The translations under genes were made by a program, and so were the position numbers. From Terriglobia bacterium (GTDB taxonomy: Bacteria > Acidobacteriota > Terriglobia > UBA7540): DNA of 64,000 nt. Where the stretch lies: contig JBAUWE010000166.1 in assembly GCA_049583595.1 (NCBI GenBank), positions 4,913 through 68,912 of the forward strand. The letters are read 5' to 3'. This document shows positions 18,546 to 26,630 of this stretch, piece by piece (the first letter of the stretch is position 1; every line of letters begins with the position of its first letter). The notes beneath the pieces are model-generated. The model was given only the letters and a program-made list of their open reading frames with translations, ran no database searches and was not told the DNA's origin.

Positions 18546-18855
18546 CGTACATGTGGAAAAAACAAAGCCAAAAACAAACCCGGCCATATTGTTGAAAACA
18601 AATGACTGATGAAAAACGAACCGGAGGCAGATTGGAGATCATCCCGGCGCTCCCAACAGCCCTTGTATCTTCCCTGCCCAGCCTCTCTAGAGCCGCCTGC
18701 CACGCCTGAAACGCCAGCACTCGGAGCCTGAATCCGCGCCTGCTGAAAGCCAACTGATGCTCGTGATGCAAACTGCCGGAAAGCATACGATTGTAGCCGT
18801 CATCCCCGTCCGGCCCGCAAGGCATCGCAGGGCCCGCCTTGCATGGTGCTGCCTG

Positions 18856-18871
18856 TGTGATATGCTTCGCA
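18856..18871 (+). promoter_or_regulatory. weak CRP-type half-palindrome upstream of the GH31 gene
   Basis: TGTGATATGCTTCGCA has one mismatch to TGTGA-N6-TCACA. It lies 52 nt upstream of ATG 18923. No convincing -10. Confidence 0.25.
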
Positions 18872-18922
18872 TTCACCAGATGATCGATCTGCGAATTCAT
18901 GCTGATCTGAAGGGGAATTGAC

Positions 18923-21388
18923 ATGAAAAAGATAGTTGCTCGCCTTCTCCAGGTTCTTCTGCTGGCCACGGTGGCCACCGCAACGGCGCAGGCCGAATGG
19001 CACAGCATCGGCAAGGTGATCGGGTCACAGGTTGAAGGCAGCCGGATCACCTTTCACACCGAGCATGCCGTCGTCCAGGTTTCCGTGCTTGCGCCGGACG
19101 TTGTGCGCGTGCGGGCGGCCCAGGGAACGAGCTTCGGCCCGGATGATTCCTGGGCGGTGGTCAAGAAGGATTGGCCCGCGGTCCACGTGGAGATCAGCCA
19201 CGCGTCGGACGAGGAAGTCATCCGCACCGGAAAACTGGAGATCCATGCCCAGCTCTCGCCCTTCCGCCTGTCCTTTGACGACGCAAGCGGCCGGCTGATC
19301 TCGAAAGACTCGAACGATCTCGGCATGGCGTGGAACGGTAAACAGGTCCGCTGCTGGAAGCAGATGCCTGAGGACGAGCACTATTTCGGGCTCGGTGAAA
19401 ACGCGGGACCGCTCGACAAGCGCGGCCAGTCCCTCGTGATGTGGAACACGGACGCCTACGGCTGGGGAGCGAACACCACTCCGCTCTACGAGACCGTGCC
19501 CTTCTTCATCGGCCTGCGCCAGGGTCGCGCCTACGGCATCTTTTTTGACAACACCTGGCGCTCGTCGTTTGACATGGGCGTCCAGTTCCGCAACAAGTAC
19601 TCGTTTGGCGCGGAAGGCGGCGAGCTGAACTACTACTTCTTCTACGGCCCCGGCCCAAAGAAGGTGGTCGAGGATTACACGGAACTGGTGGGCCGCTCGC
19701 CGCTGCCGCCCATGTGGGCGCTGGGTAACAACCAGTCGCGCTACAGTTACTATCCGGAAAAGAAGGTCCGTTTTATCGCCGACAACTTTCGCATTCGCCA
19801 CATCCCCTGCGACGTCATCTTTCTCGACATCCATTACATGGACGGCTATCGCGTTTTCACCTGGAACAAGGAACGCTTTCCCGATCCCGCCGGGATGATC
19901 GCCCGCCTTCGCAAGCAGGGATTCCACCTGGCCGTCATCATCGACCCGGGCATCAAGACCGACCCTAACTACTGGGTTTACAAGGAGGGCCTCGCAGGCA
20001 ACGATTTTGTCCGCATGCCCGATGGCAAAATCTTCGTGGGCAAAGTGTGGCCGGGCGTGAGCGCCTTTCCGGATTTCACCTCGCCCAAAGTGCGCGACTG
20101 GTGGGGCGCGCTTTACAAAGGGCTGGTGAGCGACGGCGTGGCGGGCTTCTGGAATGACATGAACGAGCCCTCGGTTTTTGAAGTCCCCACCAAGACCATG
20201 CCGCTGGATGCCGTCTTCTACGACCATGGCCTGAACAGCCCGCACGCAAAAGTCCACAACGTTTACGGCATGCAGATGTCCCGTGCTACTGAAGCGGGCC
20301 TGCTGAAGCTGCAACCGAACCAGCGGCCGTTTGTGCTGACGCGCGACACCTACTCGGGCGGCCAGCGCTATGCCGCCGTCTGGACCGGCGACAACACGGC
20401 CACCTGGGAACATCTGCGTATCAGCGTTCGGGAGCTGATGACCATGGGGCTTTCCGGGCTCACGTTTGCGGGCGCGGACATCGGCGGGTTCGCGGGCAGC
20501 CCCAGCCCCCAGCTTTACACCCGCTGGCTCGAGGCCGGAGTCTTCTATCCCTATTGCCGGACGCACACGAATTACGGCAGTGCCAATCAGGAACCCTGGT
20601 CGTACGGCAACCGGATAACCGACATCAATCGAGATTCCATCAACCTTCGCTACCGTCTGCTGCCTTACCTTTACAACGCGTTCTACCAGGCTTCGAAGAC
20701 AGGCCTGCCGGTGATGCGGGCCCTGCTGCTGGACTATCCCGACGACAGCCGGGCCGTCGAGCAGGAGGGCGAGTTCCTTTTCGGGGACGATCTGCTCGTC
20801 GCCCCCGTGATGGAACAGGGCAAGAGGGAACAGACGGTCTACCTGCCGAAGGGAGAGTGGTCCGATTACTGGACGGGCCGCGCCTACTCCGGGCCGAAGG
20901 AAGTTTCTGTCGATGCGCCGCTCAACAGTATTCCCATTTTTGTCCGCGGAGGCGCCATCATTCCTACCCGGCAGCTTGTGCAGTACACCGGCGAAGCCCC
21001 CATCAATCCTTTAACGTTTCAGGTCTACCCGGGCGGCCGCTCATCCCGCGAGTATTACGAAGATGACGGGCTCAGCTTCAATTACCGCCAGGGCGCTATC
21101 CTCCGGGAGCGCCTGACGGCGAACGACAAGCCCAACACGCTCACGCTCTCGGTTTCAGCCCGGCAAGGCTCGTACACGCCGCCCGCCCGCGCCATGCAGT
21201 TTGCGGTGCATCACCAGAGGACCCGGCCGCAGAACGTCACGCTCAACGGCCAGGGGCTGGCGCGTGTGGATTCAAAGGCCGATTTGAAAGACGCCTCGCG
21301 TGGTTGGTTTTACGACGACGTGAGTGACATTCTCTGGATCAGATTCCCAGACCAGGGCGCTGCCGGCACCGTGCAAATCGATAAGTAA
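18923..21388 (+). CDS. glycoside hydrolase family 31 alpha-glucosidase, secreted
   Basis: 821 aa with a signal peptide. GH31 catalytic signature GFWNDMNEPS. Overall GH31 layout (..HIPCDVIFLDIHYMD.., ..WTGDN..). Confidence 0.9.
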   Translation: MKKIVARLLQVLLLATVATATAQAEWHSIGKVIGSQVEGSRITFHTEHAVVQVSVLAPDVVRVRAAQGTSFGPDDSWAVVKKDWPAVHVEISHASDEEVIRTGKLEIHAQLSPFRLSFDDASGRLISKDSNDLGMAWNGKQVRCWKQMPEDEHYFGLGENAGPLDKRGQSLVMWNTDAYGWGANTTPLYETVPFFIGLRQGRAYGIFFDNTWRSSFDMGVQFRNKYSFGAEGGELNYYFFYGPGPKKVVEDYTELVGRSPLPPMWALGNNQSRYSYYPEKKVRFIADNFRIRHIPCDVIFLDIHYMDGYRVFTWNKERFPDPAGMIARLRKQGFHLAVIIDPGIKTDPNYWVYKEGLAGNDFVRMPDGKIFVGKVWPGVSAFPDFTSPKVRDWWGALYKGLVSDGVAGFWNDMNEPSVFEVPTKTMPLDAVFYDHGLNSPHAKVHNVYGMQMSRATEAGLLKLQPNQRPFVLTRDTYSGGQRYAAVWTGDNTATWEHLRISVRELMTMGLSGLTFAGADIGGFAGSPSPQLYTRWLEAGVFYPYCRTHTNYGSANQEPWSYGNRITDINRDSINLRYRLLPYLYNAFYQASKTGLPVMRALLLDYPDDSRAVEQEGEFLFGDDLLVAPVMEQGKREQTVYLPKGEWSDYWTGRAYSGPKEVSVDAPLNSIPIFVRGGAIIPTRQLVQYTGEAPINPLTFQVYPGGRSSREYYEDDGLSFNYRQGAILRERLTANDKPNTLTLSVSARQGSYTPPARAMQFAVHHQRTRPQNVTLNGQGLARVDSKADLKDASRGWFYDDVSDILWIRFPDQGAAGTVQIDK

Positions 21389-21459
21389 AGGTTCAGAGCG
21401 TGCGATACTCCTGACGGGAATTCCCTGCATCCCGCAGACCTGCAATCGGAATAAATGAA

Positions 21460-22365
21460 ATGCGTCAAGAGCACACAGACAGCGCCGTTGAGGGGAAAGA
21501 GGAAGTGCAAAATAAGGCCGGCGCGCAGTCGGGTTCCAGTTCGACACCCCTGCTGTGGCTCACGGTGCTCAGCCTGGACGCGCCCGCGGTGGCGGCGCTG
21601 TGGCAACTGCTTTTTGCCCGGTCATTCCATACCCGGCTTGGGACGAGCACTACCATTCTGCTGGCGCTGGTGGTTTGGCTTATCTACGTGGCGGACAGGC
21701 TGCTCGACGCCTTGAAAGCCCCCGCCCAGGGCGTCGAAGCCACCCGGCACATCTTTTACCGGCGGCACCTGTGGGCATTTCTGTTCCCGCTGTGCATCGG
21801 CTTCCTGCTGGCCGCATGGATGGCATTAACGCGGTTAGACGTGGAGACCTTTGGCGATGGCGTCATCATCCTGCTGGCCGTCGGCGCCTATCTGCTCGCG
21901 GTGCATCTGGTGTCGCCGGAACGCGAATGGTTGCCGAAGGAAATGCTGGTGGGCGTTCTGTTCGGCCTGGGCACATGTTTTCCTGTCTGGGAGCACATGC
22001 CGAACGACACGACGACGATCGTGGCGCCGTTCCTCCTGTTCACGGCCCTCTGCTGGATGAACTGCACGGCCATCGAACACGAAGAATGGAAGCGGCTGCG
22101 CGGGCGCCGTTTCGGCAAGCCGCATCCCTGGACGGTCTGGATGGGGCGCCATTTCTGGTTGCTGTCATTTGTCATAGCCGCCGTTGCCGTCGGCCTCATC
22201 CTGGCCGGAGTCGGGCGCTACCACTGGCAACTTCTGGCAGCTGAGTCGCTGAGTGCTCTGGCCTTCGCGCTAATCCGATACAAGGAGGAATCACTTACAA
22301 TTGACCAGTTCAGGGTGCTGGTGGATATCGCGTTATTCACACCGCTGTTTTTCCTGCCCTTTTAG
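21460..22365 (+). CDS. polytopic membrane protein, function unknown (possibly UbiA-like fold)
   Basis: 301 aa with about 8 hydrophobic helices. YVADRLLD resembles the DxxxD motif of the prenyltransferase fold. This similarity is very tentative. Confidence 0.5.
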   Translation: MRQEHTDSAVEGKEEVQNKAGAQSGSSSTPLLWLTVLSLDAPAVAALWQLLFARSFHTRLGTSTTILLALVVWLIYVADRLLDALKAPAQGVEATRHIFYRRHLWAFLFPLCIGFLLAAWMALTRLDVETFGDGVIILLAVGAYLLAVHLVSPEREWLPKEMLVGVLFGLGTCFPVWEHMPNDTTTIVAPFLLFTALCWMNCTAIEHEEWKRLRGRRFGKPHPWTVWMGRHFWLLSFVIAAVAVGLILAGVGRYHWQLLAAESLSALAFALIRYKEESLTIDQFRVLVDIALFTPLFFLPF

Positions 22366-22443
22366 AAACAGCAGGATTCCAGCGAAGGGGTGGCAATAAT
22401 CCCGCCCTGGCCGTGGCCGCTCGCGGGCTGAAAATTCTGGGAT

Positions 22444-22459
22444 TGTGATATGTATCACA
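22444..22459 (+). promoter_or_regulatory. perfect CRP-type palindrome TGTGA-N6-TCACA
   Basis: TGTGATATGTATCACA. TATGAT (-10-like) lies at 22483..22488, 34 bp from the site centre. ATG 22497 lies only 9 nt after the -10. Confidence 0.45.
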
Positions 22460-22493
22460 GCATCGCATTCTTCGGGTTGTGGTATGATGCGTT

Positions 22494-22850
22494 GTGATGA
22501 GGAAGGCTAAGCCCATCCTGTTGCTGTTGGCGTTTCTTTTTGCGACCTTCGGCGGATGCTTTGGCCCGCTGATGGCGGCAACGCGCACGATGGACTGCTG
22601 CGCCTCGATGCCTTGCGCTCCGGCAAGCCAATCGCGGAATTGCTGCACTCCTCAACTCTCCGGAGCGGCGAGTCATCTACAACAGGCAGCCGAAGTCACT
22701 GCGCCGGCGGTCGCCTTCGCCCTGGTGGCCACGCTTCCGCATTCGAGCGCGGCGCCCGGCGTAGTAAGAGCAGCACACACTCCGTTCCAGGTCCATTGCT
22801 ACTCACCACCCGGTGAGCTTTACACCCTCCACCATTCTCTCCTGATTTAG
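22494..22850 (+). CDS. small exported Cys-rich protein (putative metal-binding), first gene of the efflux operon
   Basis: GTG 22494 or ATG 22497. Signal peptide KPILLLLAFLFATFGG. The mature part carries CC-x4-C and CC motifs (MDCCASMPCAP..NCCTP). Confidence 0.5.
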   Translation: MMRKAKPILLLLAFLFATFGGCFGPLMAATRTMDCCASMPCAPASQSRNCCTPQLSGAASHLQQAAEVTAPAVAFALVATLPHSSAAPGVVRAAHTPFQVHCYSPPGELYTLHHSLLI

Positions 22851-22928
22851 CACCCGCCATCGCGGCGTGAAATCCGTCACGCTACCCGTTTCTCTTTTTC
22901 ACCCCAGTCAGGTTTTTGGAGGTTCGTT

Positions 22929-23666
22929 ATGCGGATGTTTTCGTGTATGGCGTTGTTCTCTCTATTGCTTTGCGGGATTCCCGGCACTGCTATCGCCACA
23001 GGTCCTGCGCCACAAGCCCAATCGGCTTCCGTGGCAACAGTCGCCGAGTGGCAATCGCCGGCCCGGTTGCACCACTTCATAACCAGGACCCGTGGGACCC
23101 TGGTGATCAACGATCAAGGTGTTGAATTCATCCCGAAGAAGGGCTCGTCGCTGCGCTGGTCCTACGTCGAAATTCAGAGTTTCCATCTCTCGGCGCATCA
23201 ACTGGCTATCGAGACTTACCAGAACCGAGGCTGGCGCCTGCACGGCGACCGTGAATTCCACTTCAGACTCACGAACGCTGTGCCACCCGCCGTGGCCGAA
23301 GAGTTCGCCCGCCGGGTGCAAAAACCGGTTGAAAACGGCCGGCCCGATCCAGGCGCTTCCGGCTTTGCGTCCCTGCCCGCGCGTCACCGCACATTCGGAG
23401 GAGGAACCAACGGAGTGCTGCACTTCCGCGACGAAGGGATCGATTACGTCACCACCGGCGGACGCGGCAGCCGAAGCTGGCGCTGGTCCGACATCGAGAC
23501 GATTGCCCATCCCGACCCTTACCACTTCCGCGTGCAGGGCTACCGCGAAACCTTTGAGTTTGAACTCAAACAGCCCCTGTCGCGCAAGCTGTTCGACCGG
23601 CTCTGGGATGAGGTATATGGACGCGGGCTGACGGGTCTTGCATATTCCGAAGGGAGGCAGCAGTGA
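22929..23666 (+). CDS. exported protein with internal duplication (two PH-like modules)
   Basis: Signal peptide present. Two related modules: GTLVINDQGVEFIP..LRWSYVEIQSF and GVLHFRDEGIDYVT..WRWSDIETI. Its stop overlaps the next gene's start (GTGA). Confidence 0.55.
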   Translation: MRMFSCMALFSLLLCGIPGTAIATGPAPQAQSASVATVAEWQSPARLHHFITRTRGTLVINDQGVEFIPKKGSSLRWSYVEIQSFHLSAHQLAIETYQNRGWRLHGDREFHFRLTNAVPPAVAEEFARRVQKPVENGRPDPGASGFASLPARHRTFGGGTNGVLHFRDEGIDYVTTGGRGSRSWRWSDIETIAHPDPYHFRVQGYRETFEFELKQPLSRKLFDRLWDEVYGRGLTGLAYSEGRQQ

Positions 23667-25024
23667 GTATTCTCCATCCACAAAGAATTGGTGATCGCCA
23701 ACGAATGCATGCGGGTTTCAGCCGAAACTGCATTTGGTCTGCTGTTGTTCTGCTGCTTTCCCTCGCGTGCTCAATTTCAGTCCCGGCAAGGGCAGCGCAG
23801 GCCAGTGAACAGTCTACACAGACACAACCGGACGAGGCACCCACGCCCTTATCGCAATTGGTGAAAGAAGCGGAACAAAAGAACCCGCAGATCCTGGCGG
23901 CGCGGCGGCAATGGCAGGCGGCCACGCAGGTGCCCTCGCAAGTGTCGACATTGCCAGACCCGCAAATCAATGTGCAGAACGTTTCCGCTGGAACGCCGCT
24001 TCCCATGGATGGCTTCAGCTCGGTCCAGATGGCCTACCTCGGGTTCGGCGTTTCGCAGAGCATTCCTTACCCCGGCAAGCTTCGCCTGCGCGGCGAGATC
24101 GCCCGCCGCAAAGCGGACACGTTCCGCCAGCGGGCTGACTCCGTCCGCCGCTCCGTCATTGAAAAAGTTAAGACCGCTTATTTCCGTCTCGGCTACGTTC
24201 AGCAGACCCTCTCGATCCTGGACAGGGACGAAAAACTGCTGGACCAGATCGAAAAAATAGCGGATGCGCGATACCGCGTGGGCCAGGGCAATCAGCAGGA
24301 CGTGCTGAAGGCACAACTGCAGCAGACAAAACTTCTGCGGGACACCACCCAATACCGCCAGCAGATGCAGACCCTTCAGGCACAACTGAAACAGCTTCTT
24401 AACCGGCCGCAGGATTCAGCGGACATCACTGCGGAAAAGCTCACTGAAACACCGCTGCCGTTCAGTTCCGATGACCTGCTGTCGGCCGTCCGCACGGGCA
24501 ATCCGGAGGTCGGCGCCCGGCATGAGACGGTGCAGGGCCACAGCCTGCAGGTGGAACTGGCCAAAAAGGATTTCTATCCTGACTTCAATGTTCAGTATTT
24601 GTACCAGCACACCGCGGCACCCTTTCCCGAGCGTTACATGCTCAGCGTCGGCATAAAGATTCCCATTTATCGCAGTCGGCGGCAGCGGCCTGAGGTGGCC
24701 GAAGCAGCCGAGCAACTGAACAGCTCCCGCCGGGCCTACGAAGCTCAGGTCCAGCAGACCTATTTTGAAGTGCGTGACCAATACCTGGTGGCCGACTCGG
24801 ATTCCAAAGTGCTCAGGATTTACCGGGAGGGGTTGATTCCGCAGGCGACGGCCACGTTCCATGCGGGTCTCGCTGCCTACCAGTCCGCCCAGCAGGATTT
24901 CCAGACGCTGCTGGATTCGTTCCTCGACGTCTTTAACCTCGACGTCGAGTACTGGCGCACGCTGGCCGAACACGAAACTGCGTTAGCGAAGCTCGAACAA
25001 ATGACCGGGATTCAGATTCCCTGA
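23663..25024 (+). CDS. cusC: TolC-family outer-membrane efflux protein (CusC-like)
   Basis: 453 aa. GTG 23663 overlaps the upstream stop; the alternative is ATG 23705. Signal peptide present. Two-repeat coiled-coil OMF pattern, with position upstream of the MFP and RND genes. Confidence 0.8.
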   Translation: MSILHPQRIGDRQRMHAGFSRNCIWSAVVLLLSLACSISVPARAAQASEQSTQTQPDEAPTPLSQLVKEAEQKNPQILAARRQWQAATQVPSQVSTLPDPQINVQNVSAGTPLPMDGFSSVQMAYLGFGVSQSIPYPGKLRLRGEIARRKADTFRQRADSVRRSVIEKVKTAYFRLGYVQQTLSILDRDEKLLDQIEKIADARYRVGQGNQQDVLKAQLQQTKLLRDTTQYRQQMQTLQAQLKQLLNRPQDSADITAEKLTETPLPFSSDDLLSAVRTGNPEVGARHETVQGHSLQVELAKKDFYPDFNVQYLYQHTAAPFPERYMLSVGIKIPIYRSRRQRPEVAEAAEQLNSSRRAYEAQVQQTYFEVRDQYLVADSDSKVLRIYREGLIPQATATFHAGLAAYQSAQQDFQTLLDSFLDVFNLDVEYWRTLAEHETALAKLEQMTGIQIP

Positions 25025-25054
25025 GGAAGGCGACCGAGAAGAGAGGAAATTGCC

Positions 25055-26629
25055 ATGAAGGATTATCGCAAAGCTTTTCAGGTGACGCTCGGGTTGAGCA
25101 TTGTGCTTGCCGCAGCTGTGGCCTTTTTCGGATGGCGCTACGTTACGCAGGAGCGGCAGGCTGCCGCGCCGAAAGAGATGACGGCGACCGCCACTGCCGC
25201 CAGCGAGGCCGGCGCGTCTGAAAGTAAAAGCAATTCCGCTGCCGCAGCAGCTCCTGCAAAGCTCACTCCGCTGCAGCTTTCGCCCCAGCGGCTGCAAAGC
25301 ATTGGCGTCACCAGCGGTGAAGTCGAAATGCGTGAGCTCTCAAACGACATCCGCGCGGTGGGCAACGTGGCGGTGGATGAACGGTTGGAAGCTTATGTCC
25401 AGACCCGTTTTTCCGGATGGATTCAGAAGGTCTACGCCAACTCCACATACCAGTACGTGAAAAAAGGCCATCCGCTGTTTACCATCTACAGCCCTGAACT
25501 GGTGACGACAGAGAACGAATACCTGCTGGCAGTGAAGAACCAGGACCTGCTTCAAAGCAGCACCGTGCCAGGTGTCGCCTCAGGCGCCGATTCCCTGCTT
25601 ACCGCCGCCCGCGAGCGCCTGAAGCAATGGGAAATCCCCGCGAGAGAAATCCAGCACCTGGAATCCACCGGCGAGGTACGGCACGACCTTGAGGTTGACT
25701 CCCCCGTTTCCGGCTACATCACGGAGTACAACGCGCTTCCCAACCTTTACGTCAAGCCGGCCACGCGGCTCTACACCATTGCCGATCTCTCGACCGTCTG
25801 GGTCATTGCGGAGATCTTCCAGTCCGACCTGGCGCAGATCAGGGTTGGCCAGCGGGCCACGGTGACCAGTGACGCCTATCCCGGCCGTACGTTCTATGGC
25901 CGCGTGGATTTCATCTATCCCGAAGTCAACATGAACACCCGCACCATCAAAGTGCGCCTTGTGTTCCGGAATCCCGGCCTGAAACTCACGCCGGGCATGT
26001 TCGTTAACGTCGGCCTGAAGGTTCCACTGGGCCGGCGGCTGGCAATTCCCGTCTCCGGAGTGTTTCACACGGGCACTCGCAATATCGTCTTTATCGATCA
26101 CGGCAGCGGCTATCTCGCGCCGCAGGATGTGACCCTGGGGCCGCGCGCGGGCGACTATTACAGCGTGCTGAAAGGGCTGAAGCAGGGCGATAAAATTGTA
26201 ACCTCCGCAAATTTCCTGATCGATTCCGAAAGCCAGCTCCAGGCGGCGCTGGGATCGTTTGCTCCGCCGCCCCCACCCCCGTCGGCCGCAGGCGGGCAGG
26301 CCGCCGCCAAAGCCAACATCGAATTCACCACTTCACCCTCACCTCCGAGGAAAGGTCCGGTCACCGCCAGGGTCAAGCTGACCGGTGCGGACGGTAAACC
26401 GATTACAGGCGCTGAAGTAAAAGTCCGTTTCTTCATGCCGGCCATGCCGGCCATGGGAATGTCGGCCATGCAGAGTGTCTTCACGCTCACCAGCAAGGGG
26501 GGCGGTTACTACGAAGGCAGTGGAAAACTCCAGAGCGGCGGCACCTGGCAGGTGACGGTTTTCGCGCAGGAAAACGGCCAGACCCTGGCCAGCCAGCAAT
26601 TGAGCGTGACCGCAGAAGGGGGGATGTAA
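25055..26629 (+). CDS. cusB: RND periplasmic adaptor (CusB-like) with C-terminal FixH/YtkA-like domain
   Basis: Membrane-fusion-protein core (..GHPLFTIYSPELV.., ..ATVTSDAYPGRTFYGRVDFIYPEV..). An extra ~110-aa C-terminal beta-sandwich-like domain contains the Met-rich motif FFMPAMPAMGMSAM. Confidence 0.85.
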   Translation: MKDYRKAFQVTLGLSIVLAAAVAFFGWRYVTQERQAAAPKEMTATATAASEAGASESKSNSAAAAAPAKLTPLQLSPQRLQSIGVTSGEVEMRELSNDIRAVGNVAVDERLEAYVQTRFSGWIQKVYANSTYQYVKKGHPLFTIYSPELVTTENEYLLAVKNQDLLQSSTVPGVASGADSLLTAARERLKQWEIPAREIQHLESTGEVRHDLEVDSPVSGYITEYNALPNLYVKPATRLYTIADLSTVWVIAEIFQSDLAQIRVGQRATVTSDAYPGRTFYGRVDFIYPEVNMNTRTIKVRLVFRNPGLKLTPGMFVNVGLKVPLGRRLAIPVSGVFHTGTRNIVFIDHGSGYLAPQDVTLGPRAGDYYSVLKGLKQGDKIVTSANFLIDSESQLQAALGSFAPPPPPPSAAGGQAAAKANIEFTTSPSPPRKGPVTARVKLTGADGKPITGAEVKVRFFMPAMPAMGMSAMQSVFTLTSKGGGYYEGSGKLQSGGTWQVTVFAQENGQTLASQQLSVTAEGGM

Positions 26630-26630
26630 C

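Noticed and set aside
18259-19050. 263-aa minus-strand ORF spanning the AT-rich repeat island and the GH31 start
   Set aside because: Its sequence is dictated by the direct repeats (repeated FVFGFVF.. and QQLLGFVF.. segments) and it overlaps the GH31 signal-peptide region.
19025-20566. 513-aa minus-strand ORF antisense to the GH31 gene
   Set aside because: Shadow ORF. The GH31 catalytic signature is on the plus strand.
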